Shown here in pieces: positions 57,873-64,000 of a DNA stretch of 64,000 bases. Position numbers and translations under genes: made by a program. Below the pieces are notes generated by a model that did no database searches, was not told the origin of the DNA, and worked only from the letters and a program-made list of their open reading frames with translations. The stretch is from a virus, in the IMG/VR virus record IMGVR_UViG_3300048834_001178, positions 1-64,000 of that record; one strand, written 5' to 3'. The number at the start of each line of letters is the position of its first letter. Position 1 is the first letter of the stretch.

Positions 57873-59230
57873 GACGAGGCCCCCTCTGCAGAGATGTTCT
57901 CGAGTGCGACTTCCAGTTTGGGGGCCAACGAGCGTGCGATGTCGCTCGCAGCAGCGAACAACCTGCCCTTGCCCGGAACCCAGGATGGGAGCTTGCCGGT
58001 CGCGAGCACCAACGGACGCTCGTAAACCCTTGGCCACGGCTGGTCGACCGGAATGATGAAATCGCTGTCGCAACAAAAAGCTCGGAGGCCAGACGATCGC
58101 TGTGCCAAGTAGCTCATGCCATACCAGTCACAACGCGTCCAAGCACCGGCCCCGTCGCAGTAGGCCCGAACGACGGTGGTGTAGCCATGACGGAAGGTCA
58201 GGCGGTAAAGCCCTTCGCCCACCGTCAGTTTGCCGTTGGACATTTCTGGCCGGACAGTCGCTGCTTGACCTTCAACGGCCAATCTCTCGACGGCCTCAGT
58301 CGCGGCAAGATCCGGGTGGTAGCTGTTGCGCACGTTTGCGTACCACAGGTCCCAGGTGGGGAAATGGGCAGCGAGTTGCCTGCATGCATCCCCAATCAGT
58401 GGAATCTGCACGGCACCGATCGTCACTGACCGAGTCGCCAACTGCTCAGTGCTCGGTGAGAGCGTCACAATCGTTGGGCCGCCGCGTTGTGGCAGGCGTT
58501 CCATGGGCAATACTGCAGCGAGCTGCTCGAGCAGACGGTTGCAGCGTTGGCCACACAAGAACCAACCACCGCGAACGTCGCCGACGATCACAGGGGGAGT
58601 CACCGCCCACCGGTTGCCGTCCGCCGATACCTCGATGTGCCCGAGGAGTTGAAGGCGTCCAAGCACATCTCCAGTCTTCGTTGAAGCGTCCAGTCCAAGC
58701 GAGCGGCAGGCATCAGCGAACTGGGTCCAGGTGCCTGACACCTGAACCGAGAGCCATGCCAAGAGGCGATCGAACCTGATCGTGACTGCTTGGTTTTCCA
58801 CCGCTTCGGTCGCCCGAGCCTCTGCATCTCTGGCAGACTCAACGTCCGCGGGATCGGGTGGCGGCGCTCGCTCGATGTGCAGAATTGGATCCCCGCTGAC
58901 GAGCGATTCCTGCGTCCAGTTCACGGCCTGCGCTTCAGGTAAGACCGAGCGGGATACGTCTCCGGGCGAGATGAGCCGAAACCCGAGTCGCTCGACGAAC
59001 GGCTCTGCATCAAATGGGGGTTCCGGCACGGTCGCTCCCCCGTGCGGACGTGGATCCGCAAAGCCGATCGCGCAGTAGACGCCATTGCCAGTCCTAACCC
59101 GTCCCCAGGATTTCTCCAGACGTATTGAGTCAATCTCCTGCAGACATCCGAGGCGGCGCGCAGTCTCTCGAATTCGGGATGGCAGGTCACCACGTTTGGT
59201 CAGTTGCCCCACGAGGTACCAGGTACTCAT
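57869..59230 (-). CDS. Helicase-associated hypothetical protein (Druantia accessory-like)
   Basis: Coupled to neighbours on both sides; [20 protein letters not shown]. Confidence 0.65.
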   Translation of the reverse strand: MSTWYLVGQLTKRGDLPSRIRETARRLGCLQEIDSIRLEKSWGRVRTGNGVYCAIGFADPRPHGGATVPEPPFDAEPFVERLGFRLISPGDVSRSVLPEAQAVNWTQESLVSGDPILHIERAPPPDPADVESARDAEARATEAVENQAVTIRFDRLLAWLSVQVSGTWTQFADACRSLGLDASTKTGDVLGRLQLLGHIEVSADGNRWAVTPPVIVGDVRGGWFLCGQRCNRLLEQLAAVLPMERLPQRGGPTIVTLSPSTEQLATRSVTIGAVQIPLIGDACRQLAAHFPTWDLWYANVRNSYHPDLAATEAVERLAVEGQAATVRPEMSNGKLTVGEGLYRLTFRHGYTTVVRAYCDGAGAWTRCDWYGMSYLAQRSSGLRAFCCDSDFIIPVDQPWPRVYERPLVLATGKLPSWVPGKGRLFAAASDIARSLAPKLEVALENISAEGASS

Positions 59231-61056
59231 TGGCCGACCTCCGCTTCAGTGCATGCGGGGGCCGCCTCGCATCTGGGGCCACACAGTCTGAGTGCCTCCG
59301 CTCCGCCGGCAATGGATGTCCAGAGTCCGGGGGACGGTGCTTCGATCGCAAGATCCTTCCATGCGCGCACTACGAGGCGACGCTGACAAAGCTCTCGCTC
59401 GTCGCCAGGCTCTCCGGAGAGCCCTTGGAGCACATAGAGTCCGGGACGCAGCTCCGTAGGCAGGCGGAACAAATGACCTCGCCTACCCTGCAGCTCTCGA
59501 GTGTCTTGGGAAGCAGAACTGTCCAGCGGCGCAATTCGAAGAATGAGCGGGTCGGCTTCCGTGACGATCGAAATATCGGGTAGACAACCTTCCATGAACG
59601 CGCCCCTCTCGTCAGGGGCACGTAGACCCAACTCGAATCGGATGGTGTCGCTGGCTTCAGGGGAGAGCCGGAGGTAGAGCTCTGGGTCCACGCCGGCCGG
59701 GGCTTCTGAGGGCCATGGGCTAAGGAGTATGCGGCAACGCCTGTATTCTCGCCAACCAGGCATCGCTTCCGCAATTCCTTGCCAGTCGAAGAATCCAAGA
59801 TCCTTCAATCGCTGCAGCGACGCAATGACCGCGTCGGACCGTTGGCTATCCAGTCGGACCACGACCATCACACGTTCATCCGGGTCAGGCTTGCGATCGC
59901 TCACGAGGAGCTGGTCGGTTGGTGCGGTGGGATCTGGTGCCAAGACCCAGAACTGACGGTCCGGCAAGTCGAGGCTCACAACTCCTGGATAGTTCTCCAC
60001 TACGTAGCTTGCCGGCGCGAGACTTGGAAGCGGCTCGCCGATCGGTTGAAACCACTGCGGATCCTCGGAAGCCAACAAATCCCACGAGCGATCATGGATC
60101 ACTACTCTGCCGCCAGAGTAGTCCCTTCCGCGCCTCGGACGCGCAGGCCGCAGGCGGTACTCGACGGTGCCGTCGAGCGCGGCCTCTCGAACAAGTCCTG
60201 CGGCGACAGTTGGTCGAACTGAGCGCGTATCGATACCGGTAGCAATGGCGGATGCGTCTGAGCCGGTCACCGCCAGCGTGTAGACCTCGAAGCACTCCGC
60301 AAGGAACGCCTCCCGGAACGCTGCTGGGAATCGATGGCCTCCAACTCGGTCCCGGCCGAGCACGCGATCGGTGATCCCCTGCCAAAGGTGCGGAGCTCTC
60401 TTCACCCGCTGCCTAAGCCAGAAGTCAAACGCATCCTGATCGAGAAACGCGGACAACTGCCTAGCTTCGAGCGCGGGTCCCAGCACATGCTCAATCAAGT
60501 ACACTTTCTCTGATCTGCTAAGCGTTGCCTGACTGATGGGGTACATTCGGAACTTCTCGCGTGGACCCTGTCCACGGCGCGCGGTGGGCGCATACCCCTG
60601 GGTCAACAACCAAGAATTCCACACTTTCCAGAGCGGTTCTTCACACTTCTCGCCCGGGGGCATCTTCAGGTCCTGACGATTCTGCGCCGGCTGCGGTCTC
60701 AGCGGCCATAACAGCTTCGAGAGCGAGAGGTAGAACCTGTCATCGCCGGCTGCCCCTCGTTCGCCCGCTGCAAGCACCAGGAAGGCGAGGAACCCGACGC
60801 CTAGCGGCCGACCAGACACGTCTACGCCTTCGATGGTGCGGACACTGATTCTGCCGTCCACAACGCACCGGTCTCGTACCGCAGCGACGAACTGATCCCG
60901 CGCCGATGGACCATCGCAGAGGCCACAGGAGACCGCGATCTCAGACAGACGCTCGGCGTCGATGGCGAGAAAGACCGGCTCATCGATCATGCAGCCATCG
61001 ATCACCGCGGAGATGATCGCGTCGTTCCATCTGAGGTATTCGTCAGGAGTAGTCAA
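59227..61056 (-). CDS. Helicase-associated hypothetical protein (Druantia accessory-like)
   Basis: TTG start after AGGA; EYLRWNDAI, YPISQATL; first gene of the operon. Confidence 0.65.
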   Translation of the reverse strand: MTTPDEYLRWNDAIISAVIDGCMIDEPVFLAIDAERLSEIAVSCGLCDGPSARDQFVAAVRDRCVVDGRISVRTIEGVDVSGRPLGVGFLAFLVLAAGERGAAGDDRFYLSLSKLLWPLRPQPAQNRQDLKMPPGEKCEEPLWKVWNSWLLTQGYAPTARRGQGPREKFRMYPISQATLSRSEKVYLIEHVLGPALEARQLSAFLDQDAFDFWLRQRVKRAPHLWQGITDRVLGRDRVGGHRFPAAFREAFLAECFEVYTLAVTGSDASAIATGIDTRSVRPTVAAGLVREAALDGTVEYRLRPARPRRGRDYSGGRVVIHDRSWDLLASEDPQWFQPIGEPLPSLAPASYVVENYPGVVSLDLPDRQFWVLAPDPTAPTDQLLVSDRKPDPDERVMVVVRLDSQRSDAVIASLQRLKDLGFFDWQGIAEAMPGWREYRRCRILLSPWPSEAPAGVDPELYLRLSPEASDTIRFELGLRAPDERGAFMEGCLPDISIVTEADPLILRIAPLDSSASQDTRELQGRRGHLFRLPTELRPGLYVLQGLSGEPGDERELCQRRLVVRAWKDLAIEAPSPGLWTSIAGGAEALRLCGPRCEAAPACTEAEVGQ

Positions 61057-61788
61057 AGTCCTAGTCCTTCCAGACGAACCCGGGTCTGCCGTGGTGCACA
61101 AAGGAAGTGGCCATCGGCGATGTGGGAGTTTATGGCCTGTTGGGGGGGAGGTGACGCACAGACGATTTCCATTCGCACATCCGAACATCTCCCTTCCGCG
61201 ACTCCCACGTAATCGTCGCCCACTCTTGTGCCGCGTCTCGTACTGTGGACAAAGCGGGGGGACCGGCATTGTGCACTCAACATGGCGGTCGACTCCCTCA
61301 CTTCGCAAAATGGCGCTTCGGGCGGTCGCGAGCACAGCCTCTTCACGCACAGCTTTCGTGAGAGTCTGCAGGGGAAGCTCGAGGGACTTCTGACACGCCC
61401 AACCGTCGCGAAGAGCCGCAGCGTGCGGTGCTCGTGGTCACGCTGTTTAACCCCGTGCGACAGAAGCCCGTACACGACGAGGTTGTGAGAGCGATGCGGA
61501 CGTCTCGGTGGTCCACCTTTGATCTTCAGGTCAGTCCGCGGATTCAGGCTCGGGCACGCGGTTAGTGGTCGATCTTGACGCCCGTGGCCAAGCAGAGCCA
61601 AATCTGGCTCGAGAATGCGGTTGCCGAACTGATCATCCATCACCAGGCCAGATTTCGATGGCTCCGTTTACCCGGAGATCCTCCGGACCGCTTCCCAAAG
61701 CCGCCTCGGACTCTCTCTGGGCAGTCGGAGGCACTAACGACTCCCGAAAGCATGCCGAGTTCGAGACACCCATCCGATCGGAGTTTGC

Positions 61789-61823
61789 AGGGCCCTGCCT
61801 TTCCGGCGGGGCCCTCTTTGTTG
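61789..61823 (+). terminator. Hairpin with T-rich tail at the putative element junction
   Basis: AGGGCCCTGCC-TTTCC-GGCGGGGCCCT followed by CTTTGTTG. Confidence 0.6.
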
Positions 61824-61945
61824 TCTGGATCGGCTCGGAACGGCGTGCCCAAGCCGGAGGCGTTGCTCAGACCGAAGTGGCGGTTTCTCGGGGAATTGGG
61901 GGGCGTTCGGGCGTCCCAAGAATTGGCCGACGCAGCGGGATCGAT

Positions 61946-62039
61946 TCTCGGTTCGTGGCGATTGCCGAACCCGTCGGTCGAGACCGCCGACCGTTGGTCT
62001 CGCACCGTCCGCCCGGACTCTCGAACTCTCGGTTTCTCG
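61946..62039 (+). repeat. Element-end motif, copy 2
   Basis: TCTCGGTTCG and CTCTCGAACTCTCGG, matching 260-345. Confidence 0.7.
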
Positions 62040-62115
62040 TGTTGGCGCGGATTCTGGTGAACAGCCCTGTTCCGAGCGCACCCTCGGACCGGCGCGAACT
62101 CGGTAGCATGGCCCC

Positions 62116-63243
62116 ATGCCGCTCTATCGAATGACCCGCGACGAGATCGCTCAGCTTCCCCCCACGACGTTTGAGGAGCGCCAGCTCCGGGAAACCTCGG
62201 ATCTACAGCGGCTCATCAGAAGCCATATCGAGGTCGTTGCGAGCGATCTACTGGTGATCGCCGAGGAGTTCGCCGAGTGGACCGATTCCCGACGGCGCAT
62301 CGACCTTCTCGCGGTCGATCGCGAGGGTTACCTGGTGGTCATTGAGCTCAAGCGCGGCGAGGAGGGAGGTCACATGGACCTCCAAGCGATCCGCTACGCG
62401 GCCATGGTGTCGAGCATGACCTTTGACAGGGCGAAGGCTGCGTTCCAGTCGTTTCTGGATCGGCACGATCCGGGTCAGGACGCGGAGGCAAGGCTGCTTG
62501 AGTTCCTCCGATGGGATGAGCCGCGGGAAGAGGAGTTCGGGCGAGATGTACGCATCGTGCTCGTCGCGGCGGATTTCTCGAAGGAAGTCTTGACCTCCGT
62601 GCTGTGGCTCAACGAGCGCGACCTTGATATCCGCTGCGTGCGGCTGAAGCCATACTTGCTCGGCTCCGAGATCGTTCTGGATGTGCAACAGATGGTCCCT
62701 CTTCCAGAGGCCGAGGAGTATCAGGTCCGCCTGCGTGAGAAGGCCATCGTTCAGAGGGAGTCGGCCCGACAAGCCGGGCCCACCGGCTTCTGGTTCATGA
62801 ACACGGGAGACGGGTCCGGCGAGGGAAGGGCTTGGGAGGACTGCCAGAGGTACGGATTCATGATGGCAGGCGGCGGTGCACACTGGATCAGCGCGATCAG
62901 GAAGTTGAGGGCTGGTGACAAGCTCTTTGCGTACCTGAGTGGCCACGGGTATGTCGGCTACGGGGTGGTGACACATGAGGCGGTGCCGCAGGCAGAGTTC
63001 GTGCCCACCGGCTTCGAGCAGAAGCTTGTTGACCTTCCGGTCGTTGCGCAGACTCAATTGGATCGGCTGCACGATCCGGATCACTGCGACTGGTGTGTCG
63101 CCATCAGGTGGATCAAGACGTTGGATCGCGACCAAGCGATACTCAAGAGCCGTGCCCGGCGGAGCACGCTCGAGCAGATCCGCAGGCCAGAGTTTGTGAG
63201 CGAGCTGCTCCGTGAGTTCGACCCTGAAGGAGCGACGAGCTAA
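62116..63243 (+). CDS. NucS-like PD-(D/E)XK endonuclease with EVE/PUA-like C-terminal domain
   Basis: RIDLLAVD...VIELKR...QAIRY; C-terminal WEDC..YGF..LRAGDKLFAY..GYVGYG. Confidence 0.75.
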   Translation: MPLYRMTRDEIAQLPPTTFEERQLRETSDLQRLIRSHIEVVASDLLVIAEEFAEWTDSRRRIDLLAVDREGYLVVIELKRGEEGGHMDLQAIRYAAMVSSMTFDRAKAAFQSFLDRHDPGQDAEARLLEFLRWDEPREEEFGRDVRIVLVAADFSKEVLTSVLWLNERDLDIRCVRLKPYLLGSEIVLDVQQMVPLPEAEEYQVRLREKAIVQRESARQAGPTGFWFMNTGDGSGEGRAWEDCQRYGFMMAGGGAHWISAIRKLRAGDKLFAYLSGHGYVGYGVVTHEAVPQAEFVPTGFEQKLVDLPVVAQTQLDRLHDPDHCDWCVAIRWIKTLDRDQAILKSRARRSTLEQIRRPEFVSELLREFDPEGATS

Positions 63244-63315
63244 CAGCTCATCGATGGCTCATGATGTTCCACCCGGATCGGCAGGGCGTGCCGCGGACAT
63301 GCGAGACGCTGAAGT

Positions 63316-63345
63316 TCGTTAACCAGCCAGTATTCCGGTTAGTTG
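63316..63345 (+). promoter_or_regulatory. Bipartite motif, copy 4 (diverged)
   Basis: TCGTTA-N12-TCCGGTTAGTTG at the position equivalent to copy 1. Confidence 0.55.
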
Positions 63346-63387
63346 TCCCCTGAAGGCCCCTTGGGTTTGGCCTTCCGAGGACACCAG

Positions 63388-63630
63388 ATGCCATCCCAAG
63401 ACCTAGCACAGCGCGAGGGCGAAGCGTCCGAGTCTTCGGCCCGTCGCATGGAACTTGCTTCGCTCTTGGCTGCGGCTCTCCGGCGCTGGCTGGATGGCCC
63501 AGGACGAAGCAACCCGCCTTCAACCGAAGCGTCGCTACACCCTCTTTCTCCGCTTGACGGCGGCGGATGCTCCCCCATCAGTCCGATCGCGAGCCGCTGC
63601 GATGGCGGAGCGGAAGGAGGCAACTCGTGA
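63388..63630 (+). CDS. Small hypothetical protein, similar to 8643-8921
   Basis: GAGG RBS; LAAALRRW; GTGA overlap with DUF2924 gene. Confidence 0.55.
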   Translation: MPSQDLAQREGEASESSARRMELASLLAAALRRWLDGPGRSNPPSTEASLHPLSPLDGGGCSPISPIASRCDGGAEGGNS

Positions 63631-64000
63631 AGGTTGATGTCCAAGCGGAGATGCACCGGCTTAACGGCATGAACGGGCCAGCGCTCAAGGCGAAATACCT
63701 TGAGGTGTTTGGAGAGGAGAGCCACTCGAACAACGCCCAGTATCTGCGGAAGCGGATCATCTGGCAGATTCAGGCCAATGCGATGGGTGGGCTTTCAGAG
63801 CGGGCGAGGCTTCGGGCGATGGAACTGGCCGACGAGACGTGGCTCAGAACGCGAGCGCACAGGAAGTCCAAGGCCGACCCGGGCCCGGATGCCAACGCTC
63901 CGCACGTGGTCATCACCGGTCTCCGCGCCAATCCAAGGCCCTCGTCGCCATCCCCCGGCACCGTGCTGGTGCGCGACTATCAGGGACGCCGCATCGTGGT
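63627..64000 (+). CDS. DUF2924 protein (partial; absent from the ORF track)
   Basis: Hand translation MKVDVQAEMHRL...YLRKRIIWQIQANAMGGLSERAR...PGTVLVRDYQGR aligns with 8912-9463. Confidence 0.88.
   Translation, partial: MKVDVQAEMHRLNGMNGPALKAKYLEVFGEESHSNNAQYLRKRIIWQIQANAMGGLSERARLRAMELADETWLRTRAHRKSKADPGPDANAPHVVITGLRANPRPSSPSPGTVLVRDYQGRRIV

Larger units (their letters stand above)
128..61780. mobile_element. tRNA-Asn-adjacent prophage/integrative element with serine recombinase and cargo at both ends (boundaries approximate)
   Basis: Ordered integration, replication, packaging, head and tail modules at 8.6-44.9 kb; the boundary motif set near 130-350 recurs at 61780-62040. Confidence 0.75.
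61780..64000 (+). mobile_element. Start of a second related DUF2924-type integrative element (truncated by window end)
   Basis: End motif, promoter motif, small ORF and DUF2924 gene repeated in the same order as in element 1. Confidence 0.65.

Noticed and set aside
57873-58076. N-terminal extension of the helicase in the ORF track
   Set aside because: Overlaps the upstream gene; ATGA coupling at 57872 gives a better start. The extended starts at 1775, 9313 and 61350 were trimmed on similar start-site evidence
61360-61700. Possible pseudogene (frame interrupted by TAG near 61563)
   Set aside because: No recognisable family motif, so it cannot be supported without a search
61680-61786. Second tRNA or exact tRNA 3' duplication (attR)
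   Set aside because: Only GTTCGAG and GGAG match tRNA-Asn and no cloverleaf forms; kept only as a possible junction

Overview
High-GC bacterial window; the gene set resembles Planctomycetota/Phycisphaerae elements, but the taxon is an inference. It opens with tRNA-Asn(GTT) at 56-127, followed by an apparently intact integrated element of about 61.6 kb (about 128 to 61780). (i) Left cargo (412-8196): a 1964-aa multi-enzyme (four glycosyltransferase-like domains, kinase-like, methyltransferase, histidine phosphatase) coupled to a methyltransferase and a LOG/SLOG protein. (ii) Siphovirus-like prophage core (8.6-44.9 kb): DUF2924, large serine recombinase, ECF-like sigma factor, replication genes, ParB-DNA methylase, terminase, lambda-type portal, protease-capsid fusion and tail genes. 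The tail operon ends in a candidate virion-glycosylation cassette: methyltransferase, Maf/DUF115-like transferase, Ser/Gly-rich Hint-domain protein and two GT32 enzymes. (iii) Right defence cargo (45.1-61.1 kb): MTase plus McrBC-like, NERD-helicase and a Druantia-like DUF1998 helicase operon. A second related element seems to start near 61780 (same boundary motifs, NucS-like nuclease cargo, second DUF2924 gene cut by the window end). A bipartite motif TCG(G/T)(G/T)A-N12-(A/T)C(G/C)GGTTAG(G/T)TG precedes four operons. All product calls come from motif recognition by eye; no searches were run.
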